23,680 nucleotides of DNA from Candidatus Heimdallarchaeota archaeon. GTDB taxonomy: Archaea; Asgardarchaeota; Heimdallarchaeia; Heimdallarchaeales; Heimdallarchaeaceae. The DNA lies in the NCBI GenBank assembly GCA_016840095.1, contig JAEOSZ010000063.1, forward strand, positions 1-23,680. The letters run 5' to 3'. The notes under the pieces were generated by a model that did no database searches, was not told where the DNA came from, and was given only the letters and a program-made list of their open reading frames with translations. Shown here piece after piece: positions 15,310 to 23,680 of the stretch (position 1 is its first letter; every line of letters starts with the position of its first letter). The translations under genes were made by a program, and so were the position numbers.

Positions 15310-18192
15310 CTAAATTTCAAGAACCATTCCCTTTTTCTTATTATAAACTTTAATTATAGCTGTTACAGCACCTAGAAGTACTCCTGAACTTGATACTAAT
15401 GGTACCACTATGTTTGCTATTGATCTCATTCCAGAGGTTTTAGTTCCAACTAAATCAAGCATTAACACACTTCCTTTAGCAATTTCTATATTAGTTGCAT
15501 AAACATAGAGATCATTTACTTGTAGTTCATACACACTTGTTACGTCATTACTATTATATGATAAAAGCTTCCAATCATATTTTGAAGTGGAATAACTTTC
15601 ATTCAGATAATATAACATAGAAATATCTGAGTAGCTCCTAACATCTGAACTTATAATGAAATGTACTGAAATCTGAGTATCATTCTCTTCTACTGTAGCT
15701 AATAGACTTGGACCAATTGTAACTATCTTTAGTTTATGATCGTCTACACTACTATCTGCTTGTATGTGCCAGTATATTGCTTCAGCATCTAAATAAACAG
15801 GAATCTGTAAAGAACTAGTTTCCACGTAAGCTTCTAAAAGCGGTAACATTTCATCATCAATATAATATTTCCATCTGTCGTGTGTAGATGGGTAAGAAAT
15901 GTCGTATGTAAGTGTGATATTTTCTGCTATTACTACATCCTCATTATTTCTTTCTGCTGTTACAAGCAAATTTTCAAGCATAATTTGAAATGATCTTGTT
16001 GCTATAGGTGTAAATGCTTTGAATATTGAACAGTTAATATCAATTATCAGAAGATCTTGCGGTAGAGCAATAACATATGTATATAGCCCCTGTTCATCAG
16101 TAATCCCTGAATGGGGTTCATATTCATTAATTTCTATCGTTATTGGAACTAAACCGACTGGTGATTCATCAGATGTAACATTGAAGTGTAAAAGGAAATC
16201 TGATGAAATCTCTGCGTTTTCATACTCAAAGCTAATATTAATCTCACTATCATAAATCGTAATATTGACTGTTTTTTGGATAGAAGCATGTGAAGTAGAT
16301 TGAGCAAAGATATCTAAAGTATAATTAGTTTCTGTAAGGTAAAAGGAAGAGATACTGAAAACATACTGATCTCCTACAAGAACACTTGGTAGAACCTCAC
16401 CATCTAGAATTCCACTTACATCTGCGTTTTCGATTTCTAGAGAATAGTTCAAGCTCAAATAAGATATTTCTACTTTTTCCATTGCATATTTAGGAATGTA
16501 AATCTCTTGCTCAGCTACTAGTTCAGATGCTTCTCTCATCAAAGTTACAGATGTATTCTCGTATCCTATCAGATTACCATCCAGAGCAAGAAGTGTTATA
16601 TCATAATCTCCACTTGCAACTTCTGATGGAAAAATAAATTCTAAATTATTACCTACTAATTCCTCCATGTTGCTGCTATTTTCTTCACCCATCCAAAATA
16701 CTTCAATTTGGTTATTTTGAGGTGTTTCAAGAAAACTAAATGTTGCATTTAGTATTTCAAAAATGGTTGTATCTTCAATATCTACACTCAGTATTTGATT
16801 AGGTAAACTGTATTGAAATTCAATATCATAGATTCCTGCTCTTCTAGCCAATGAAAGGGTTCTATATCCAGCTTCTGTAACAGTATCACTTATGATATCT
16901 GCACCTTGTGGAATTCCTACAATAGTCCAAGTATCAGGATAAGAGAAGTTGACTGGATTAACAAGCAACGAAAGACCATTAATAGCAATAGAAAGAAGTA
17001 TGGATGCTTCATTTTCTAAAGAAAGTTGCTTCGTATAAGGAATTATTACGGTCCCAGAAGATCTTATAGTAAAGTTAGCATCTATGCTATAATTTGAATT
17101 ATGAGACCAATTTACATCATACTCAAAAGGGGCACCTGCCTCAAACAAGATGTCTTCATTAAACGTTCCTTCCCCTATACTAGTTGAACTAATTACTATA
17201 TCATTTAGTTTCAAATCAATATCCGAAGGTAGTAATGCTGATTCAAGCTTTAAATCATCAATTAAAACTGTACAATCAGAAACTTCTGGAGATATAACAT
17301 ATATTCCAAATGATTTTAACATTGTAGGTATCAAGGGATCTGTTAAGGAGAAGAGATCACTCATATAGAGTGTATAATCATTCCACTGATCATCCCAACT
17401 ACTATTTTGTAATAGTCTATACACAATAAATGGGGATGTTGTGTTCTCCCCAATTGATGGTGGTTCTGCGTCTGTGTAGTGCCAATGAATTACCATAATG
17501 CGGCACGTATCGAAAACAAAATCAAAAATCAGAGATGAGTTTATTACATTTTGTAAACTCGAATTTGATGCTAACTGATAACTGTAAGATATTTTTGTAT
17601 CAGTGTCATATAGACTAATATCTTTCTGGTAAAGGGCATATTTTATGGATTCTGAATTATAGGAATAGAATTTCCATACATAATCCCCATTCCTGCTTCC
17701 TGAATAATATAATCTTTCAACTTCCAAACCAGGAACAATCGCATCCTCAGAATAAAACTCTTGATTGTTCTCTGCTCCAGGGTTGTTAATGTATTGTGAT
17801 TGTAAATTTGTAATATTTCCTTCCAAGGTGAATTGTCCGTTACTAGGTAAGGAAATACTTGAATCATTATCTTCAAGGTTTCCTTCTAAAGAATCTCCTA
17901 TGTAATTTCCCGTTAAATTCATATTAGGATTGAAAGCATTCAATGAATCCTCTAACGAATTTCCACCACTGTTTATTGTTGTTTGTTCTTCCAATTCTTC
18001 TTGATCTTTGACCAAAAATTCTGAATCTTTGGCAATCTCAATTTTTCCTTTTTCTACCTCTAAATCTCCAAAGGTTTCATTATTGACAATATCAATATCT
18101 GATACTATTCCATCACCATTAATCATTGGTGATTTAAGAAACACTATCATATAGAATAGAAATACTACTATAACTATTTGTTTGAGTTTCAT
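15310..18192 (-). CDS. Large acidic secreted, membrane-anchored surface glycoprotein (beta-rich; CBM-like and Ig-like segments)
   Basis: Signal peptide MKLKQIVIVVFLFY; NNPGAE...WNDYTL...LIDDLKL jelly-roll pattern; TDEQGLYT Ig-like motif; C-terminal TM plus KKK tail; more than 20 N-x-S/T sequons. Confidence 0.65.
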   Translation of the reverse strand: MKLKQIVIVVFLFYMIVFLKSPMINGDGIVSDIDIVNNETFGDLEVEKGKIEIAKDSEFLVKDQEELEEQTTINSGGNSLEDSLNAFNPNMNLTGNYIGDSLEGNLEDNDSSISLPSNGQFTLEGNITNLQSQYINNPGAENNQEFYSEDAIVPGLEVERLYYSGSRNGDYVWKFYSYNSESIKYALYQKDISLYDTDTKISYSYQLASNSSLQNVINSSLIFDFVFDTCRIMVIHWHYTDAEPPSIGENTTSPFIVYRLLQNSSWDDQWNDYTLYMSDLFSLTDPLIPTMLKSFGIYVISPEVSDCTVLIDDLKLESALLPSDIDLKLNDIVISSTSIGEGTFNEDILFEAGAPFEYDVNWSHNSNYSIDANFTIRSSGTVIIPYTKQLSLENEASILLSIAINGLSLLVNPVNFSYPDTWTIVGIPQGADIISDTVTEAGYRTLSLARRAGIYDIEFQYSLPNQILSVDIEDTTIFEILNATFSFLETPQNNQIEVFWMGEENSSNMEELVGNNLEFIFPSEVASGDYDITLLALDGNLIGYENTSVTLMREASELVAEQEIYIPKYAMEKVEISYLSLNYSLEIENADVSGILDGEVLPSVLVGDQYVFSISSFYLTETNYTLDIFAQSTSHASIQKTVNITIYDSEINISFEYENAEISSDFLLHFNVTSDESPVGLVPITIEINEYEPHSGITDEQGLYTYVIALPQDLLIIDINCSIFKAFTPIATRSFQIMLENLLVTAERNNEDVVIAENITLTYDISYPSTHDRWKYYIDDEMLPLLEAYVETSSLQIPVYLDAEAIYWHIQADSSVDDHKLKIVTIGPSLLATVEENDTQISVHFIISSDVRSYSDISMLYYLNESYSTSKYDWKLLSYNSNDVTSVYELQVNDLYVYATNIEIAKGSVLMLDLVGTKTSGMRSIANIVVPLVSSSGVLLGAVTAIIKVYNKKKGMVLEI

Positions 18193-18517
18193 TCTACCCT
18201 TTATACTAATTATGTTTTAAAAACAGCACAATTTTCAGTTTACTTAAGTAGGTTAACTTATTTTATTCTTAAGCTTATATTTACGTATTTTACTCTTGAA
18301 TCGCTTTTCATGCTATATTAGTTTCAATTTAGTAAAATAACGTTTAAACGTCCGACAAAGATTTTTTCTCTATGAGTTGAATACTTTCAGTCATCTGCCT
18401 CTTCTTTCTTTAAAGGTCAAACAAAAATACCAAAAACAGTACTGAACCATATACGAACTAGCACACAGCTTTGTTTCAATCTTAAAAATTCTCAATAGTT
18501 TCGGAGAGGTTATTTTT

Positions 18518-19558
18518 TTGAGTAAAATGGAAAGCTGCTTGTGTGATGAATGCGGTTCTAGAATTATTCAAGAAAATGGTCTTAACGTGTGCAAGAAATG
18601 CGGTCTTGTACATGATTCCGTCCTTGAATCTTCGTCTTTTCAATTGGGCTCCATGTCTCCGGACGGATCTCGAAGAAATCAACAATACACGTCAATTAAT
18701 AATAATCTGGCAGTTGTGAGTTCTTTAGGATCTTCTATTGGATCAGTTGAAGAGTACATGTTTAGAGATTCTAATGGATCTCTATTAGATGAAACAAATC
18801 AGTATAAATTTAGAAAATTTAAGAATTATTACCATATCCCTGGAGCAATAAAAGGGAAAGAAACTGATTTTCGAACTATTAAGATATTGAATGAAGTGTT
18901 TTCGAGACTTCAAGTTCCTACAAAGATTAGAGATAGGACACTCTTTCTGTATTATAAGTACAAATCTGAGCATCAGAAGAAGATAACAAATCATGTTCTC
19001 TTATCTGCAATGTCTCTGCTTCTAAGTGTTAGAGAGGAAGGACATAATTGTCCATTAACTTTGAAAGAGATTGTTGGAACTTATAGAGAACTAGGTCATA
19101 GGGTTCTTGGTAAGAACTTACTAAGTCTTATGCAGGATTTGAATATCAAACCCTCTGTAAGTGGGATCAGGAGAAGTGAAGATTATGTTTTTCGAATTTG
19201 CTCTCTAATCTGTCGTTCTGAAGCAATAAAAGAAAGAATAGAGAAAAAATATTCAATAGATGTTTATGTGTATGAAAAGATTCTTCATCTTTTATGTTTG
19301 AAAATACTTGAAAGAATTCCGTTTCCAGATCGTGGTGGGAGAAGGCCTTATCCTCTTTCAGCTGCATCAGCTTATGTTGCAGACAAACTACTATCAAGAC
19401 AGATTAAACATTCTTCAGCTCTAACACAGAAATTGGTTGCGCAATCTGCTAACGTTGCTGAATTTACAATTCGAGATCATGCTGAGTTTATCTTTTCCTA
19501 TGATTATACTGATATAATTGCTGAGGTAAGTCAAAGATTATCTTCTAGTTTCGAATAA
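18518..19558 (+). CDS. tfb: Divergent transcription initiation factor IIB (TFB) family paralog
   Basis: Zn ribbon CDEC...VCKKCGLV; two cyclin folds; GRRPYPLSAASAYVA; HTH TQKLVAQSANVAEFTIRD. GGAGAGG precedes TTG 18518; the alternative start is ATG 18527. Confidence 0.8.
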   Translation: MSKMESCLCDECGSRIIQENGLNVCKKCGLVHDSVLESSSFQLGSMSPDGSRRNQQYTSINNNLAVVSSLGSSIGSVEEYMFRDSNGSLLDETNQYKFRKFKNYYHIPGAIKGKETDFRTIKILNEVFSRLQVPTKIRDRTLFLYYKYKSEHQKKITNHVLLSAMSLLLSVREEGHNCPLTLKEIVGTYRELGHRVLGKNLLSLMQDLNIKPSVSGIRRSEDYVFRICSLICRSEAIKERIEKKYSIDVYVYEKILHLLCLKILERIPFPDRGGRRPYPLSAASAYVADKLLSRQIKHSSALTQKLVAQSANVAEFTIRDHAEFIFSYDYTDIIAEVSQRLSSSFE

Positions 19559-19601
19559 TTCCAAAGAATACAAAAAATAAATTATCCTTCAGGATTCCCT
19601 T

Positions 19602-20219
19602 TCAGATAGGGATAAGATTAAGAATAAAAAATCTAACTCCTATAACAATAGCTGAATGCAAGAAGATGACAGGAATAAGCCTGAAATACTTTTTTTCTTC
19701 ATTTCCCATTTTCATCAGATAATAATTGTTAAGTAAATTTATGATAAGAAAGGATATAGATAATATTGACCAAATAGAAAATGAACTTGTGAATTCTCCT
19801 GTGCTAATAAAACTGTATAGGTTAGAAAAGATAGGAGAAAAACCTGCAATCATTGCGATTGTAAACATAGTTACATAACGAATAATCTTTAGCCTTCTTT
19901 GATGAACTTTCAAAGATGAATCCTTTTCTTTGAGCACCTCTTCACGAACTCTAATCAATCTAGAAGTTGATTTAACCCTATCTATAACTTCATCTTCGTC
20001 TGCATAATCTACTGAAGAAAAGAGATTTTTCAGTGCAGGATAGTTGAAATCGATAGAAGAAATTACTTCATGTAGGTTTTCACCTAGTTGTAATCTAACA
20101 AGTATTTCTTCAGGTATATTTTCAGTTAGAAAGAAGGACCTTTCTAGATTTTCTCCATTTTCGAGTTTTAAAGCGATATTGCTGAGAAAGTTAAAATCAG
20201 TACAATTCAATTTACTCAT
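19602..20219 (-). CDS. TadC/GspF-like membrane platform protein
   Basis: FLSNIALKLENGENLERS (GspF/Tad 'l..G..l..a' motif) and three C-terminal TMs; translationally coupled to the upstream Tad-like gene. Confidence 0.6.
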   Translation of the reverse strand: MSKLNCTDFNFLSNIALKLENGENLERSFFLTENIPEEILVRLQLGENLHEVISSIDFNYPALKNLFSSVDYADEDEVIDRVKSTSRLIRVREEVLKEKDSSLKVHQRRLKIIRYVTMFTIAMIAGFSPIFSNLYSFISTGEFTSSFSIWSILSISFLIINLLNNYYLMKMGNEEKKYFRLIPVIFLHSAIVIGVRFFILNLIPI

Positions 20220-21024
20220 TCTGACCACCAATACTTTTGTTATTCATAAAGCGAAGAATCAAAGTTCCAAAGACAGCATATAAGAGAGGAAAAATGAATA
20301 TTGTAGGAGAATTTGCAGGTAATAGGAATGATAAAACCATACTCAATACTAGTGGTAATAGACAAGAAACTGCAATAAAGATTACAATATTGTCTTCTAC
20401 TAATTTAATGCTCTTTCTTACATGAATTATAAACTCTGGATCAGATTCAATGAATGAATTTTCATTTTTAATGTTCTGAAATGCCACTTCATATTGTTTG
20501 TTCAGAAAAATTTTTCCACCATTATTGATTATCTCATCTTCATTCTCTCCAAGATTCAAATTATAGAGCATGTCTTGGAAATACTTTGTATAATATTTAT
20601 CAGTAATTCCTTTTGCAAGTAGAAGTTCCAATGAATGTGGAAAAGATTGAGTTGCAACCATGTTGATCGATAGCGAATTGATTATCAAGAATGCCTTTTC
20701 TTCAAATTTCTTATGCTTATTTATGATTCTGGAGCGAATATAATCACTTAGCACAAAAAGAAACGAAATACTAGCAATGAAACTAATTAGTAGTGCAATT
20801 AACGCATTAACCATAGTAACATAATGAAATAAAACAAACGAAGTAACAAAAAACAATAATGTTGAGTTTCCAATGATTCTCAAGTATCTGTAATCACTTT
20901 CTGAAATGAAGAATTTGGAATGTTTTTCCACTTTTCCCAAAGCTATCTTATAGAGTATTCTCTTGGGAAAAATACTGAATTGAGTCATTTTAGAGCCTGA
21001 TTTAGAGTAATTGACTGTTCTCAT
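20212..21024 (-). CDS. TadB/GspF-like membrane platform protein
   Basis: Two N-terminal TMs, a soluble region (INSLSINMVATQSFPHSLE...LNLGEN) and two C-terminal TMs; lies directly downstream of the secretion ATPase. Confidence 0.65.
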   Translation of the reverse strand: MRTVNYSKSGSKMTQFSIFPKRILYKIALGKVEKHSKFFISESDYRYLRIIGNSTLLFFVTSFVLFHYVTMVNALIALLISFIASISFLFVLSDYIRSRIINKHKKFEEKAFLIINSLSINMVATQSFPHSLELLLAKGITDKYYTKYFQDMLYNLNLGENEDEIINNGGKIFLNKQYEVAFQNIKNENSFIESDPEFIIHVRKSIKLVEDNIVIFIAVSCLLPLVLSMVLSFLLPANSPTIFIFPLLYAVFGTLILRFMNNKSIGGQNE

Positions 21025-21034
21025 GTTTATCCCC

Positions 21035-22411
21035 TTAAATTCCCCAATTCTGGGATTGTTCAGTTTTCAAGGAGTCATTCCTTTCTATAATCAAATCCAG
21101 TTTTTTATTCAATCTTGATTTTTCTTTGATTGTTTGAAGCATTTGATCTTCATTCATATTTGAATTGTAGATTTCAGTTAGGAAACCATAATCTCCTTTA
21201 CTTGTGTTATTTTGATTTATTTCGTAAACACCAACAATCTTCCTTTCAAAGGTGGATTTCGCAATTTCTCTTCTCATGACTACAATGATATCAAGTGAAA
21301 GAAAATCTGAACGAGCAATTTTGTGTAAGTTCTCCCACCTTCTGAGAATCTTTTCAGCAGAATCTGCATGCGCAGTTTGTATTCCTTTAAGACCTGCATT
21401 AAGTGCTTCGAACATTGCTTGAGTATGTTCTCTTGATTGTATCTCTCCTAGATATATCCAATCAGGAGATCTGTGTAACAATTTCAATATTTCAGAAGTC
21501 TTTGTATGGTCACTTTTACTTGATTCAAATGAATCTACCTGAATTGATAAATGTTTAAAACCCATTGCTGCTTGATTTGTAGATTCTATAGCATCTTCAA
21601 TAGCAATCTTTCTCCAGTGTTTGGGTGTGTATAAATCAATTGCATTAGCCAACGTAGTCTTTCCTGCATTGGGCTCTCCAATGATTGTGATATTCTGTCT
21701 ATCAATTACAGCTTCCACTAAGTAAGCTCCTAAGAACGTTGGAAATGTATTGAAATTGATTAAATCTAACAATTCAAGTGGTTTTCTTTTTAATTTTCTA
21801 ATATTGAAAGTAGGACCATTAGGTGAAAGAGGTGGAAAATCCATTGAAATACGAGAATGAAACCTCTGTGTTTGAAACTCTATCTTCAAAGATGGTTTTT
21901 TAGCTGATATTGTTACGGGATGCTCCAACTTAATTCTAGTTAGTAAAGCGTCCAGTTCTTCCTCTTCGAGGATTACCTTTGTATTACATCGTCCATATAC
22001 CTGATGATCTAAATAAATTGTGGATCCTTTTTGATCCATGTAAATCTCATTTACATAATGATCCAGAAGAGCTGGAATTATTCTATCAAATTTTATTAAT
22101 CGATAGATGAAAAGTTCCGTAAATGCTTCTGGATCAATTTCGAGACCATTTATTTCGAGAACCTTCAACATGCAAATTGACTTAATTGTATCTATTAAAT
22201 CATCAAATTTTAGAATTTCCTTTCCAAGCCTATCCTTGTTCTTTATTACAACTGAAGACAGTTCAGCAAATAAAAGTGGATCCTTGTGGAAATCAAATAA
22301 TGGTTCAGCAGCATAGTATACTATCCCCTCTTCTTCGTGAATACTGATTTTGAACCCTTGAATATTATACTCGTTGATTATTCCCTTCTCGCTGTGACCT
22401 TCATCATGCAC
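21035..22411 (-). CDS. Type II/IV secretion ATPase (TadA/CpaF/FlaI/VirB11 family)
   Basis: LLDHYVNEIY, PPLSPNGPTFNIRK, Walker A GEPNAGKT, Asp box IEDAIE, Walker B PDWIYLGEI, His box TAHADS. Confidence 0.88.
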   Translation of the reverse strand: MHDEGHSEKGIINEYNIQGFKISIHEEEGIVYYAAEPLFDFHKDPLLFAELSSVVIKNKDRLGKEILKFDDLIDTIKSICMLKVLEINGLEIDPEAFTELFIYRLIKFDRIIPALLDHYVNEIYMDQKGSTIYLDHQVYGRCNTKVILEEEELDALLTRIKLEHPVTISAKKPSLKIEFQTQRFHSRISMDFPPLSPNGPTFNIRKLKRKPLELLDLINFNTFPTFLGAYLVEAVIDRQNITIIGEPNAGKTTLANAIDLYTPKHWRKIAIEDAIESTNQAAMGFKHLSIQVDSFESSKSDHTKTSEILKLLHRSPDWIYLGEIQSREHTQAMFEALNAGLKGIQTAHADSAEKILRRWENLHKIARSDFLSLDIIVVMRREIAKSTFERKIVGVYEINQNNTSKGDYGFLTEIYNSNMNEDQMLQTIKEKSRLNKKLDLIIERNDSLKTEQSQNWGI

Positions 22412-22566
22412 AGTTTCGTAGCTAGTAATCTACATCACCTTCTTCCAATGTCTATTCTAGCATTTAGTATATCAACACCACTTTTTTTAACCAACCATAA
22501 ACAAAATAATCAAGCTCTTGGTAATAGATTTAAATAGAAAAAACTTTTACTTGATGTTGTGGAAAA

Positions 22567-23544
22567 ATGACAAACGATTATGATATAATGTGGACTGAAA
22601 AATATAGACCTAAAAATCTTGATGAGCTTAAAGGTCATGAGGACATTATTCCAAGGTTGAAAGGATTTGTTGAAAGGAGAAATCTTCCACATCTTCTATT
22701 TGCAGGTCCTCCTGGAACAGGTAAGACAACAGCTTTGCTTGCTTTGGCAAATGATTTATTTGGCCCAGGAAATGTGTCTAGAAATCTTTTAGAGTTAAAT
22801 GCGTCTGATGATCGTGGTATCGATGCAATTCGAAATAAAGTTAAGGAATTTGCTAGAACTGCATCATATGGTGGTGTTCCATTCAAAATTGTTTGTCTGG
22901 ATGAAGCTGACAGTTTAACATCAGCTGCACAACATGCTCTAAGACGTACCATGGAAAGATACGTTAAAACAAGTAGGTTTGCACTTATCTGTAATTATTC
23001 TAGTAAATTAATTGAACCCGTTCAATCTAGATGTGCTATCTTCCGTTTCAAACCTCTCGATGAAAAAAGCATGAAAGAATTTTTAGTTAAAATATGTGAG
23101 AAAGAAAAACTGGTTTATGATGACGAAGGAATCGCAACAGTACTTTATATCTCTGAAGGTGACTTAAGAAAAGCCATTAATATATTGCAATCAACTGTTG
23201 CATCAGGAAAATCTATAGAGAAAGTAACAGTTCTTCAAACAGTTGGTCATGCAGATCCTGAGAAGATTAGAAGCATGCTAACCCACGCTCTTAAAGGAGA
23301 TTTCTACAAAGCAAGAGATGTACTTCAACATCTAATTCTTGAATATGGGTTATCTGGAACAGATGTAACTTACCAGATTTATAGAGAAATACCTTCTTTG
23401 GAAATGCCTGATTTGCAAAAACTTGAGCTAAACGAGTATTTAGCAGAAGTTGATTTTCGCATCTCTGAAGGTGCTTCAAGTAATATTCAGCTTACTGCAT
23501 TTTTAGCCAAACTGGTTAAAGAGAATGAATCAAGAGTTTCCTAA
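22567..23544 (+). CDS. rfcS: Replication factor C small subunit
   Basis: WTEKYRP, PHLLFAGPPGTGKTT, LELNASDDRG, LDEAD, QHALRRTME, SRC motif, GDLRKAIN; no intein. Confidence 0.97.
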   Translation: MTNDYDIMWTEKYRPKNLDELKGHEDIIPRLKGFVERRNLPHLLFAGPPGTGKTTALLALANDLFGPGNVSRNLLELNASDDRGIDAIRNKVKEFARTASYGGVPFKIVCLDEADSLTSAAQHALRRTMERYVKTSRFALICNYSSKLIEPVQSRCAIFRFKPLDEKSMKEFLVKICEKEKLVYDDEGIATVLYISEGDLRKAINILQSTVASGKSIEKVTVLQTVGHADPEKIRSMLTHALKGDFYKARDVLQHLILEYGLSGTDVTYQIYREIPSLEMPDLQKLELNEYLAEVDFRISEGASSNIQLTAFLAKLVKENESRVS

Positions 23545-23566
23545 TTTCTACTAGAAAAATCCTAAA

Positions 23567-23680
23567 TCATAGATTATCAAAGAAATCAAGAACTGCTGTA
23601 AAGAAAACCTCTCTTTGTTTTATTTTCAATTTTTCATTTGCAAATTTCTTTAGAATTTGTTCCTGTGTTCTTTCACTGAT
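23567..23680 (-). CDS. 3' end of an unidentified gene running in from the right edge
   Basis: Minus frame open from the window end: ISERTQEQILKKFANEKLKIKQREVFFTAVLDFFDNL*; stop lies 22 nt from the convergent rfcS stop. Confidence 0.5.
   Translation of the reverse strand: MSERTQEQILKKFANEKLKIKQREVFFTAVLDFFDNL

Noticed and set aside
22412-22566. Possible pilin gene upstream of the Tad ATPase
   Set aside because: Minus-strand frames close within a few codons and show no class III signal peptide; the region looks like a divergent promoter.
1-23680. CRISPR array, transposase, prophage or defence system
   Set aside because: No regularly spaced repeats, terminal inverted repeats, or cas/transposase/viral hallmark motifs were seen; the HerA-like ATPase has no visible nuclease partner in the window.

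Overview
Low-GC (roughly one-third G+C by eye) archaeal chromosomal DNA, most likely from an Asgard archaeon. The evidence is archaeal information genes (uL1-uL10-P1, RPA, TFB, RFC-S, RadB-like, tRNA-Thr with U73) alongside eukaryote-signature proteins. Left to right: the C-terminal part of a HerA/VirB4-like ATPase; an rpl1-rpl10-rpl12 operon with a kink-turn-like leader hairpin; a five-gene minus-strand signalling operon (KaiC-like ATPase, roadblock, FIST sensor, Rab-like GTPase, small Zn-binding protein); a DDRGK1/UFL1-like tandem winged-helix protein; an OSTC/DC2-like oligosaccharyltransferase subunit; RadB-like; a small 2-TM protein; nadE; tRNA-Thr(GGT); a GIFT-domain type I membrane protein with OST48/Wbp1-like topology; a double-wHTH protein; RPA; an unannotated 35-aa OST4-like miniprotein; a large surface glycoprotein; a divergent TFB; a Tad/type IV pilus-like ATPase with two platform proteins; RFC small subunit; and the 3' end of a further gene. 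The best leads are (i) a cluster of up to four candidate eukaryote-type OST accessory subunits, including the OST4-like ORF missed by the ORF track, and (ii) the KaiC-roadblock-FIST-Rab operon. All homology calls come from motif recognition and remembered reference sequences, not from database searches.
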